A stretch of DNA of 32,000 nt from Ruminococcus albus 7 = DSM 20455 (GCF_000179635.2 NC_014833.1:930001-962000); one strand, 5' to 3'; shown: positions 17,192 to 26,638, counted from the stretch's first letter. The notes: a model not told the origin generated them from the sequence alone. Program-made: numbers and translations.

Positions 17192-18103
17192 ATGCTACGT
17201 ATGGTCGAGGGTATCCGTAATACATGGGACTGGATAACGATAAACCTTAAAAAGTCTGATATGGATTATATATACAGATATTGCAGTTTTCGCAAGAAAT
17301 GCGCCCCAACACTTCAAAAACGAGGCAAGGAGTGGTTTTTGGACTTTCCGTTTGAGGAAAAGGTCAAACTTGCAGATATATCTGTGTATGAACAGACCAT
17401 TGTTGCTGTAGATCTTGGTATCAACACTGCCGCTACGGTTTCCGTAATGCGTTCAGATGGCACTATTCTTGGAAGGCATTTTTGTAAGCTTACCAAAGAA
17501 ACAGACCATCTGATGCATTGTGTTAACCGTATAAAAAAAGCTCAGCAGCATGGTAACTATAAAACACCAAGGCTTTGGGCAAAAGCCAAAGGAATCAATC
17601 ACGACATTGCCACTAAAACTGCTGCCTGCATCGTAGATATAGCCGTTCTTTATAATGCAGATGTTATTGTATTTGAGCATTTAGACAAGAACGGTAAGGT
17701 CCGCAGTTCTAAAAAGCAGAAACTCAATCTGTGGCGCAGTCAGGAAGTACAGTCTATTGTAACGAATAAAGCTCACAGACTAGGTATGAGAGTAAGCCAT
17801 ATCTGTGCATGGAATACGTCACGCCTTGCCTACGATGGCAGTGGTTTTGTACTTCGTGGTAAATTTGGTGGTTTCAATACCTATGAGCTATGCAAATTTC
17901 AAAATGGCAAGACCTACAACTGTGATCTATCTGCTTCGTATAATATCGGGGCAAGATACTTCATACGTGAAATATTAAAATCCTTGGATGAGAATTCATG
18001 GTTGCTCATTGAGGCAAAAGTACCTCAATGCAGTAAGAGAAGCACCTGCACGTTCTCTACCTTAGTTAACCTGAATGCGGAATTTATTGCTCATACAGCA
18101 TAA
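17192..18103 (+). CDS. tnpB: TnpB-related RuvC-fold nuclease, short (303 aa), probably 5'-truncated
   Basis: RuvC-I IVAVDLGIN, RuvC-II VIVFEHLD, RuvC-III YNCDLSASYNIGARY. The first Asp is at residue ~74, whereas full-length TnpB has it near residue 190. No good RBS. The frame opens only 8 codons upstream. Confidence 0.65.
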   Translation: MLRMVEGIRNTWDWITINLKKSDMDYIYRYCSFRKKCAPTLQKRGKEWFLDFPFEEKVKLADISVYEQTIVAVDLGINTAATVSVMRSDGTILGRHFCKLTKETDHLMHCVNRIKKAQQHGNYKTPRLWAKAKGINHDIATKTAACIVDIAVLYNADVIVFEHLDKNGKVRSSKKQKLNLWRSQEVQSIVTNKAHRLGMRVSHICAWNTSRLAYDGSGFVLRGKFGGFNTYELCKFQNGKTYNCDLSASYNIGARYFIREILKSLDENSWLLIEAKVPQCSKRSTCTFSTLVNLNAEFIAHTA

Positions 18104-18215
18104 TTTTCTGAGTTCAGGCTTTATGGTAGAAACGTAGTCCGCCCACCTAAAGTGGGCGTGTCCGCTAGGACACTATTGGAAGCACGCGACTTTAGTCGTG
18201 TGAGGCTTCACAAGT
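18104..18215 (+). ncRNA. Candidate omega-RNA (reRNA) scaffold / IS605 right end
   Basis: Three consecutive hairpins lie directly 3' of tnpB. They are CGCCCAC-CTAAA-GTGGGCG (18139-18157), GTGTCC-GCTAG-GACAC (18158-18173) and CACGCGAC-TTTA-GTCGTGTG (18183-18202). Confidence 0.35.
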
Positions 18216-18275
18216 TAAATATATGTGATACAATTAATCTATAAAAAAGCAATGATATATACTGGAGGAATAATT

Positions 18276-19847
18276 ATGAAAAGCAAGAGACTGATTGCTA
18301 TAACCATTGCGGCATTAATGTCAATAGCAATTACATCATGCGGAGGTAGCAGCAATGAAGAAAAGCCGGAAGAAAGCACACTAGCTGCAACTCAGCCGGA
18401 AAGTGGGGAATCCTCAGAGACTGCAACAGAAACGGAAACTGCTTCGACAACTGAACCTACTGAGAAGATAGAGCCTCCCGCTGATGCAAAGCCTCTTGGT
18501 GACATAATCTCAGGAATTCCTGCCTCTGATGTTAAGAGCGCCACTCTCACAGAAATAGGCAAAATAGATGACAAGGAGATAAGGAATTACCACAATTTCC
18601 TCTATAAAAGTATCACAAACAATAATATACAGTGCGTTGACTACATGGGCAATCTCCTATTTGATGGTAATGTTGACCATATAGCCAGACTGGTAAATGA
18701 TAATCCCTATGACACTTCTGTATTTCCTGAGAGACCCATAGATCTTGACCTTTATGTTTACTATCTGGTGGCTGACGGCGATTTCAAATACTGTGGACTT
18801 ATGGACAAGGAAGGCAATGTTATACTCGATGCCAATGAAAAAGCTGGCGCTTTTGAGGCGATCAATGAACGCTTTATCAAGGTGTATTTTCCAGAAGCTC
18901 TTACAGAAGACTTAAATGAGATCCTTTTCAAGGCTGATATAGACACATTCACTATCATGACATATAACAACACCGCGAAATATTCCGGAACAGTCAAGGT
19001 TTACGATCTTCAGCAGCGCAAGTTCCTTGAGAATACTGCAAGAAAGACTGATACCGAATACAGCGTAAGTGATAATATAGTCACATTCAATGATGATGAC
19101 TACAAGCTGATCGCAGTTACTACTGATGATAAGATCATCGAGCTGGAACCTCAGGAGGACATAGCAGGCGACTTTATAGTTAAGTATGCAAATGGCGTTA
19201 CTCCTGTTTTAGACAAAGACAGGAATAAGCTGTTCTCTACCAATTATGGTGTTGAAAAAATGAGCGGCACTAATGAGTACTACCGCATCTACGATTCAGA
19301 TATCGGAAAGCGTGGTCTGATGCACAAAAGCGGTACTGTTATAATAGAGCCTAAGTTCGGCAATATCATGTACCTTAATGACGGTATGTTCAGCTATTGC
19401 AACGATCAGTCAAGCAAAAACGGACTTTTATCCATTGACGGAACTGTGCTGACTGATGCAGTTTACAATGAACTGACATATACAGGTATCCCCGGACTTT
19501 TCTGCGGAAATGAAAACTATAAGTACGACCTGATCGACGAAAAGGGCAACATCATCATCAATGATGCTCAGATGTCTTTTAAGGAGGATTTTTACTTCTA
19601 CCACGAGGGCGATGTTTACAATTACCTGGTAATCAGCAAGCCCGATAAGCCGCTGGAATTCAAGTCAATGGGCATTTATATGGGAAATCATCTTATCTTG
19701 AACAAAGATGAAATGGCTATCTATGATCTTGTTACCGGCGAAAAGGTACTTGAGGGCTTTGACAATGCTTATACTGCATACGATAACATCTACACAGTCA
19801 AAGATGACGAGATAACTATCTACCGTGCAGAGACATCTGCTGAATAA
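18276..19847 (+). CDS. Lipoprotein with WG-type (KWG-like) beta-propeller repeats
   Basis: Start MKSKRL follows a GGAGG RBS; the track's GTG start at 18225 was rejected. Lipobox AITSC, a Ser/Glu/Thr-rich linker, and repeated G(L/M)xDKxGNxI(L/I) segments. Confidence 0.7.
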   Translation: MKSKRLIAITIAALMSIAITSCGGSSNEEKPEESTLAATQPESGESSETATETETASTTEPTEKIEPPADAKPLGDIISGIPASDVKSATLTEIGKIDDKEIRNYHNFLYKSITNNNIQCVDYMGNLLFDGNVDHIARLVNDNPYDTSVFPERPIDLDLYVYYLVADGDFKYCGLMDKEGNVILDANEKAGAFEAINERFIKVYFPEALTEDLNEILFKADIDTFTIMTYNNTAKYSGTVKVYDLQQRKFLENTARKTDTEYSVSDNIVTFNDDDYKLIAVTTDDKIIELEPQEDIAGDFIVKYANGVTPVLDKDRNKLFSTNYGVEKMSGTNEYYRIYDSDIGKRGLMHKSGTVIIEPKFGNIMYLNDGMFSYCNDQSSKNGLLSIDGTVLTDAVYNELTYTGIPGLFCGNENYKYDLIDEKGNIIINDAQMSFKEDFYFYHEGDVYNYLVISKPDKPLEFKSMGIYMGNHLILNKDEMAIYDLVTGEKVLEGFDNAYTAYDNIYTVKDDEITIYRAETSAE

Positions 19848-19860
19848 GAGCATTATAAAA

Positions 19861-19883
19861 GGCGGCACCGATTTGATGCCGCC
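19861..19883. terminator. Bidirectional terminator between convergent genes
   Basis: GGCGGCA-CCGATTTGA-TGCCGCC flanked by A-run and T-rich sequence. Confidence 0.6.
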
Positions 19884-19901
19884 TGAAATTATTGTATCAC
19901 G

Positions 19902-20726
<825 letters not shown>

Positions 20727-20841
20727 TCACCTTAACAAAATAAAGAATCTATCCTTGACAAGATACGTTCACTTTTGGATGACATTTTTGGAGAGCGGTG
20801 ACAGTCAAGTATGATATCTGATATCTCATAGATTACATTGA

Positions 20842-22002
20842 TCATAAAAGTTCAATATTGCGCTTTATGAGATCACAGCGCTGTTTTACGCATTCTGCTG
20901 TACGAAGCGCATCAGCGGGAGTGTTGAAGGCATAATCCAGCAGTTTGTCTATTGATGATACCGCAACGTGAAGTCGTGTATCAGAAGAAGCGTAATAAAT
21001 GTATACATCACCGTTATCATCGACGATAGCACCATTTGTGAATACAACGTTCGATACATCGCCCACTCTTTCGTCTTTAAATGGTGCTATAAGATAACCA
21101 CCGGGCTCGGCAATTACTTTCCAGGGCTCGCTGAGGTCTGTAACAAAACAGTATATAACATACCTGAGACCTGCTGCTGTGTTTCTTACTCCGTGTGCAA
21201 TATTCAGCCATCCGCGCTCTGTCTTTATGGGAGTCGCACCTGCACCGTTCTTGCTTTCGGTTATAGTGTGGTAACGTCTTATACTGGTCATACGTTCCTC
21301 GTCGATCACTGCGTGAGTGATATCATCGGCAAGTCCGAATCCTATGCCTCCGCCTGAGCCTGTTTCAATAAATCCATCCATTGGACGGGTATAGAATGCA
21401 TACTTGCCGTCAACAAATTCGGGCAGAAGTGTTACATTACGCTGCTGCGGACTGCGAAGAGTAACAAGGTCTGGAAGACGCTCCCAGTTTGTCAGATCCT
21501 TTGTACGAGCGATGCCGGCTGAAGCAACTGCTTCTGAAAGATCAGCGGTACCTGCACTTTTTTCTACACAGAATACGCCGTATATCCAACCGTCCTCATG
21601 CTGTGTAAGGCGCATATCATATACATTTGTTTCATCATCAGTAAGAGCCGGCAGACACACTGGATATTGACGGAAACGGAATCCTTCGGTGCCTTTATCG
21701 CTTTCAGCTACGGCGAAAAAGCTCTTGCGGTCATTGCCTTCAACGCGGGCTACAAGACAGTAGCGATCGTTTAGCTTTATAGCTCCGGCATTGAATACTG
21801 CGTTTATACCTAAACGTTCCTGAAAGAAAGGATTTGTTTCCTTGTTAAGGTCATATCTCCAGTGAAGCGGTATATGCTCTCTTGTAAGTACGGGATGCTC
21901 GTAACGGTCATAGATACCGTTGTAAAATGAAGTTTTAGTATTTTTGCGAGAAAGAAGTGCTTCCTGTTCATTTCGCATTTCGGTGTATTTTTCGTGTATC
22001 AT
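20842..22002 (-). CDS. GH130-family beta-mannoside phosphorylase (mannosylglucose / mannooligosaccharide phosphorylase type)
   Basis: 386 aa. N-terminal [58 protein letters not shown] and C-terminal [29 protein letters not shown] match my memory of GH130 subfamily 1 enzymes. Substrate not determinable here. Confidence 0.75.
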
Positions 22003-22876
22003 ACTTCGCTCCTCCTTAGAATTTCAAGACACATCCTGCCCAAATGATGTGAACATTCAATTCGCTCACTATATGGGATATTGTTTTCATGCTGCAGTAC
22101 TCACGTACTGACCTGAACATTTTACTTGCTATGGAAACGGATAATACTCATATTTATCCGAATATTTGCTCTGTGGGCATTCAAAGTCAGTACAGCGATC
22201 TTCTTGATAACCATTCTACACTATTTGATTAATTAAGTCAAGCACATTCAGAAAAATTAATCAGTCTTTCAGAAAAATCGGCTATGATTACAATTATTGC
22301 TTGTTAAGCTTGGTTAATTTTATTTAACTTAGCAGTCGTTGCCTGTACCCGAGAGATGATCGCCATAACAGATTTTTGCTATGCTATTGATATATGAAAC
22401 AAAACTAAGTTTTTACCGTTGTTTTATCATTCTGTATATGATCTGACAGCAGCACAGAAATCTATAGAATGTGATCGTAAATATCTATCCATACATATAG
22501 TGATCACGCGAAATTCTATGAATACATCGATTAAATTTTAACGAATAAACACTTTAACATTTAATGAGAGCTGGTGCGGTGCTTTCTGACAAAAAACGAT
22601 TCAGACCCCGGAAAGATAGTGCCAAAATCTTCTTCTTGTGGTATAATATAGTTGATAAAACAATAAATCAACGAAAGGATTATACTATATAAATGAGAAA
22701 TTGTCAAGTGCGAATGAATATGGATCAAGATCTATATATCGAGGAAAACACAGCTCAGATCGATGAACGATATAATCACAGATCGTCATATCGTAAAATA
22801 CCTGAAATGTTTAAGGATAAAGATAATTGAATTTAGATAATATGTTATTACATTCAAAAAAAATTTTCAAAAAAAG

Positions 22877-22905
22877 TGTAACCTTTCATGTTCTGCTTCC
22901 GTCTA
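22877..22905 (+). promoter_or_regulatory. ECF-sigma-type promoter candidate TGTAACC-N16/17-CGTCTA
   Basis: An AAC -35 core at 22880-22882 and a CGTC -10 core at 22900-22903, upstream of the ECF sigma locus. Confidence 0.4.
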
Positions 22906-22940
22906 ATTAACAGAAAGACATAGAAATACCGATCGGTAAA

Positions 22941-22949
22941 TGGTACAAT
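22941..22949 (+). promoter_or_regulatory. Extended -10 promoter TGGTACAAT
   Basis: Lies 36 nt upstream of the 48-aa ORF start; the -35 is poor. Confidence 0.35.
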
Positions 22950-22984
22950 GGAAATAAACAAAGAAACTGAAAAGAGAGGTCAGA

Positions 22985-23131
22985 ATGGATATCACAATAG
23001 ATGAGATGTTCAGAAGATTACTAACACAGATGCAGAATGATACTGCACTTTCAGACGATGAAAAAAAAAGGATATTGGAAAAACTGGAAAAAGTTCTCAA
23101 CAAGGAGGAGAGCACAGATGAAAAGAAATGA
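22985..23131 (+). CDS. 48-aa acidic/lysine-rich helical mini-protein overlapping the sigma gene start
   Basis: MDITIDEMFRRLLTQMQNDTALSDDEKKRILEKLEKVLNKEESTDEKK. RBS AAAGAGAGG. Its stop overlaps the sigma ATG by 14 nt. Not in the ORF track because it is under 60 aa. Confidence 0.45.
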   Translation: MDITIDEMFRRLLTQMQNDTALSDDEKKRILEKLEKVLNKEESTDEKK

Positions 23132-24818
23132 GCTCATAAAGATAGTGGAACAGGCAAAAAACGGAAACAAGGAAGCGTTTAGATGCCTTTATGAGGAATA
23201 TTATGACAGGCTTTATTTCTTTATACTGAAAAATGTTGACAGCAAGGAAGCGGCTGAAGATATAACACATGATACATTTTTAAAATCTATGGAAAAGATA
23301 AACACATTGGAAAAACCTGAAAATTATGTGACATGGCTACATTCCATAGCGTACAACAAATGTACTGATATGTTCCGCAGCAGAAAATGCAATGTATACT
23401 TTGATAACGATGAAGATATGGAAAATGCTATGGACAATCTCAGCTTAAATGAGCCCATAATGGTACCTGAGGACTATGCAACTGATAATGACAGAGCAAG
23501 ACAGCTGAAATCAATGATAGACAGCCTTAAGCCTGATATGAAGTCAGCACTGGTACTGTACTATTATAATGATATGAGTATTTCAGACGTAGCAAAGACG
23601 ATGGGAATAACCGAGAACAATGTCAAGCAAAAGCTTCTGCGTGCCCGCAAAAAGCTGAAAAGCAAGATAGAGGAGTTGGGCGGTAAGGGAATCATGCTCT
23701 CAGCTGTACCGATGAATGAGTTACTTCACAGGACTGTATCACCAAAAAAGGCAGCAGCTATGGCAGCTGCAAAGTCAGGCACAGCGTTCGCCTCTATCCC
23801 GCTGATGGGCAAGATAGCAGGAATATCAGCAGCTGCTGCGATATCAGTCGGCGTGCCCATGACCTTGAGCCACATGAATAAAAATGCAGACATAGCGGGG
23901 AATGTAAGGGTGCATGACAGCAGTGTTGTTGTGGAAGCAGATGCTTCAAGCACAGCTGATATTACAGTGGAAGAACTGACAGTATCATCATCAGCAGCAT
24001 CCGATGTCAGTGTTCCCGAAAAAACTGATAACAGCACCGTTGACGGTACAGATATCCCGAAAGAAAACTTCGCTCCGGCTGCACCCGGCTCAAATGCGAT
24101 AGATGTGACACCTGCCGTAACCATTTCTGCATCTGCTGCTCCTGCCGAGTCTGCATCCGAAACAATAAGTGCTCCCGAAGAAAAGAAAGAAACTCAGCCT
24201 GTAGAAATGACTGCTGAAAAGCTGTTCTCAATGACCAATTCAGAACTTAGAGAGCTTTCAAACAATGATTTTAAAGTGGTGGATGAACCGGGCTTCAATT
24301 TCGCTGATTCCGGATCCATAATATTTGGCATCAAATGCAACGCTTTTCCCAACTACATCTACTTTGTTGACTACCGTAATGAGGAAGGTCAGCCCAGCGG
24401 ACCTCTTGATGCACCCGACAGATGGCACGGAGATCAGAAGGTAGTGCTCGACAGTGAGGAAGTTCGTGAACTGATAGTACAGGGCAACGAATCCCTCGGC
24501 GAAGGTATCAGCGTTGGCATGACATACAGCCAGATAAAAGAAGCAAACGGCAGCCTGCATTTATATAACGACAGATTTGCTCATCCGTGGATAAACGGCA
24601 AGGTATGGGGTCTTCACTTCGTATTAACAGCTGAAGAAAAGGCTCTCATAAATCAGAAGTTCGATGAGATAGCACTTGAAAACGAGGGTTCCAATGATAT
24701 CCCCATGATAGACCTCACCGAACTCGGCATCGACCCTGTTTGCGATTACGCATATATATATAACACATACAATGGCGTAAGAGTAAGCTCTGCCGGAACT
24801 ATTTTTGTAGATCAATGA
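23118..24818 (+). CDS. ECF-type sigma-70 factor fused to a transmembrane segment and a ~300-aa extracytoplasmic domain
   Basis: Start MKRNELIK lies 8 nt after AGGAGG; the track start at 23037 was rejected. Region 2: FRCLYEEYYDRLYFFILKNV..AEDITHDTFLK. Region 4: ALVLYYYNDMSISDVAKTMGITENNVKQKLLRARKKL. Then a TM segment (FASIPLMGKIAGISAAAAISVGVPMTL), a Ser/Ala-rich linker and a C-terminal globular domain. Confidence 0.8.
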   Translation: MKRNELIKIVEQAKNGNKEAFRCLYEEYYDRLYFFILKNVDSKEAAEDITHDTFLKSMEKINTLEKPENYVTWLHSIAYNKCTDMFRSRKCNVYFDNDEDMENAMDNLSLNEPIMVPEDYATDNDRARQLKSMIDSLKPDMKSALVLYYYNDMSISDVAKTMGITENNVKQKLLRARKKLKSKIEELGGKGIMLSAVPMNELLHRTVSPKKAAAMAAAKSGTAFASIPLMGKIAGISAAAAISVGVPMTLSHMNKNADIAGNVRVHDSSVVVEADASSTADITVEELTVSSSAASDVSVPEKTDNSTVDGTDIPKENFAPAAPGSNAIDVTPAVTISASAAPAESASETISAPEEKKETQPVEMTAEKLFSMTNSELRELSNNDFKVVDEPGFNFADSGSIIFGIKCNAFPNYIYFVDYRNEEGQPSGPLDAPDRWHGDQKVVLDSEEVRELIVQGNESLGEGISVGMTYSQIKEANGSLHLYNDRFAHPWINGKVWGLHFVLTAEEKALINQKFDEIALENEGSNDIPMIDLTELGIDPVCDYAYIYNTYNGVRVSSAGTIFVDQ

Positions 24819-24833
24819 TAAAAACATACCGCA

Positions 24834-24850
24834 GGGGCTGTTGCAGCCCC
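24834..24850. terminator. Bidirectional hairpin GGGGCTG-TTG-CAGCCCC between sigma and TetR genes
   Basis: Perfect 7-bp GC stem followed by TTT, lying between convergent stops. Confidence 0.6.
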
Positions 24851-24851
24851 T

Positions 24852-25385
24852 TTACTGTCTGAACAGTGATACATCACTTGGTATCTGGAACTTTAAAGTA
24901 TAGCGCACCATTTCCTCGGCTGTTTCCGTCATGCCATGAGAGAACCAAAGCAGCAGATCATTATAGATTCCGCCGATATGGTAAGCCGTTCGGAAGCGGT
25001 CGGCAGTGTCTGAAATGTCACTGACCGAAAAATGCTTGTTCAGCACATCTATCAGCAGATAGGAGAGCTGTTCACGGTGTATCAGCAGTAGGTTGTCCTT
25101 GTTCTGCATAAATTCCGAAAACATGATGCCGAGATAGCCCTCTATCGTCTGTTCACCGCTGTCACGGAATTTCAGAAGATAGCTATTCATGATACCGTCG
25201 AGATAGTACCTGATAATATCCTCTTTGGTGTAGAAATGGCGGTAGTAGGTGGAGCGGTTGACTCCTGCCTTTTCGCAAATATCCGAAACGCTGATCTTTG
25301 CATACGGCTTGTCGCTCATCAGTTTCAGCAAGCCCTCAGCGATATAGTTCATCATCATTTCCGATGTAATATTCTTCCTTCGCAT
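24852..25385 (-). CDS. TetR/AcrR-family transcriptional regulator
   Basis: 177 aa. N-terminal HTH KISVSDICEKAGVNRSTYYRHFYTKEDII. Confidence 0.85.
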   Translation of the reverse strand: MRRKNITSEMMMNYIAEGLLKLMSDKPYAKISVSDICEKAGVNRSTYYRHFYTKEDIIRYYLDGIMNSYLLKFRDSGEQTIEGYLGIMFSEFMQNKDNLLLIHREQLSYLLIDVLNKHFSVSDISDTADRFRTAYHIGGIYNDLLLWFSHGMTETAEEMVRYTLKFQIPSDVSLFRQ

Positions 25386-25524
25386 AAAGCAACATATCCT
25401 CCTCTTTTGTTGCAGTTTTAGTCTGTGATATTGAAATCACGACGAAAAAGTGATATGATAAATAAAGCGACAGTTGTCTCTTAAATCATAACATAAGAGC
25501 TGTTTTTTGTCAAGGAGTGAGGAT

Positions 25525-26259
25525 ATGACAGCTTTCAGATTTGCAGAGCCTTTGTGCGAGGGTATCATAGAAAAGCGGAAAAGCCAGTTTACAATGGTCA
25601 TTCAATATGAGGGGCAGACCTATAATGCCCATTGTCCCACAACGGGCAGAGTGGGAAATCTAGATCTTTCGGGCAGACCTTGTTTAATGAGCAAAAGCAG
25701 TGATCCCAAACGGAAAATGCCCTTTACCGTAGAAGCGGTATCGCTGAACCGTCCCGAAGATACGGACAAATCGTGGATCGGCATCAACCAGAACGCAGCA
25801 AACCGCTATGTGGAGCATTTTCTGACAAACGGCGGTTTTGCGGATATGGTCGGCACAGGAAATGAGGTACACAGAGAGCAGTTCCTCGGTATCTCAAAGC
25901 TGGATTTTCTTGTGGGCAATACCTATCTTGAGGTCAAAACGCCCTTGCAGCATTTACAGCTCGACATTCCCGACTATGTGAAAACGAAAAAGCAGACTCC
26001 TTTTTCTTCGACCGACAGAATGGTGAAGCATTTTCAGGAGCTTGCAGGCAGCCTTGCCGAACATCAGAGAGCGATCCTGCTGACCTGTTTTATCTATGAC
26101 AACCCCGGTTTTCAGGTCATTGAGAGAAGCACGAACTACGATGAGGTCAGACAGATCGTCGATGACTGCGTGGCAAAGGGCGTGGAAACATGGCAGGCAA
26201 ATTTCAAGCTGACACCGACAGAGGTCGCCCTTGAAAAGTATTTCCCGATAAGATTGTGA
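25525..26259 (+). CDS. sfsA: SfsA-family (sugar fermentation stimulation protein A-like) nuclease-fold protein
   Basis: Start MTAFRF lies after AAGGAG. Motifs KRKSQFTMVI..AHCPTTGR, WIGINQNAANRYVEHFL and DFLVGNTYLEVKT match the SfsA layout. Confidence 0.7.
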   Translation: MTAFRFAEPLCEGIIEKRKSQFTMVIQYEGQTYNAHCPTTGRVGNLDLSGRPCLMSKSSDPKRKMPFTVEAVSLNRPEDTDKSWIGINQNAANRYVEHFLTNGGFADMVGTGNEVHREQFLGISKLDFLVGNTYLEVKTPLQHLQLDIPDYVKTKKQTPFSSTDRMVKHFQELAGSLAEHQRAILLTCFIYDNPGFQVIERSTNYDEVRQIVDDCVAKGVETWQANFKLTPTEVALEKYFPIRL

Positions 26260-26267
26260 GGTATGGT

Positions 26268-26597
26268 ATGCTGATAGATTTTAACAATATGCAGGAGATT
26301 GAGATCGAACATCTTGACGGCGGTGAAGGTACTATCCTTGCGAAAATGTTTATGAATGAGTATGGAAAAGTCATAGTGAGCAGGATACCGCCGAAATGCT
26401 CCATCGGTCTGCATAGTCACAAATCAAGCAATGACATAAACTTCGTCATAAGCGGAACAGGCAGAGCTATATGCGACGGCAAGGAGGAAGTGCTGACAGC
26501 AGGAACTTGTCATTATTGCAAGATCGAACAGGAGCATAGTATCATAAATGATGGTGATGAGGACTTGGTGCTTTATACTGTGGTGCAGAATAGATAA
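26268..26597 (+). CDS. Cupin-2 domain protein
   Basis: GLHSHKSSNDINFVISGTGRAICDGKEEVLTAGTCHYCKIEQEHSIINDG is a cupin motif 1/2 pattern. The start is uncertain: ATG at 26268 or GTG at 26256 overlapping the sfsA stop. Confidence 0.7.
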   Translation: MLIDFNNMQEIEIEHLDGGEGTILAKMFMNEYGKVIVSRIPPKCSIGLHSHKSSNDINFVISGTGRAICDGKEEVLTAGTCHYCKIEQEHSIINDGDEDLVLYTVVQNR

Positions 26598-26638
26598 AGA
26601 ACTTTGAACCCAGTCTGGATTCAAAGTGTCAAACAAGT

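Larger units (their letters stand above)
16047..18215 (+). mobile_element. IS200/IS605-family tnpB-only element (IS1341-like), disrupted by IS1595
   Basis: Similar same-strand hairpins lie near both ends. The left one is GCACGCTCGTGAC-TTTA-GTCATGAG at 16053-16077; the right one is GCACGCGAC-TTTA-GTCGTGTG at 18182-18202. They bracket a tnpB-type RuvC gene. Confidence 0.45.

Noticed and set aside
17073-18114. Exact 12-mer ATTTTCTGAGTT at 17073-17084 (inside IS1595) and 18103-18114 (just after tnpB)
   Set aside because: Similarity decays within a few nucleotides on either side, so it is too short to infer homology or a recombination junction.
22693-22830. 45-codon ORF (MRNCQVRMNMDQDLYIEENTAQIDERYNHRSSYRKIPEMFKDKDN) downstream of a TGGTATAAT box
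   Set aside because: No Shine-Dalgarno at a functional distance and no recognisable motif. It cannot be supported from sequence alone.
22903-23115. 70-aa minus-strand ORF rich in Ser/Phe/Leu
   Set aside because: Low-complexity antisense reading of the Lys/Glu-rich mini-ORF and its promoter region. No RBS.
23037-23117. N-terminal extensions proposed by the ORF track, for example the sigma start at 23037. Others are MATE at 15144, the lipoprotein at 18225, sfsA at 25507 and the cupin at 26256.
   Set aside because: In each case an internal ATG is preceded by a GGAGG-type RBS at 6-9 nt, and it gives the expected N-terminus (signal peptide, MATE N-terminus or sigma region 2). The extended starts lack an RBS. 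The cupin start remains ambiguous.
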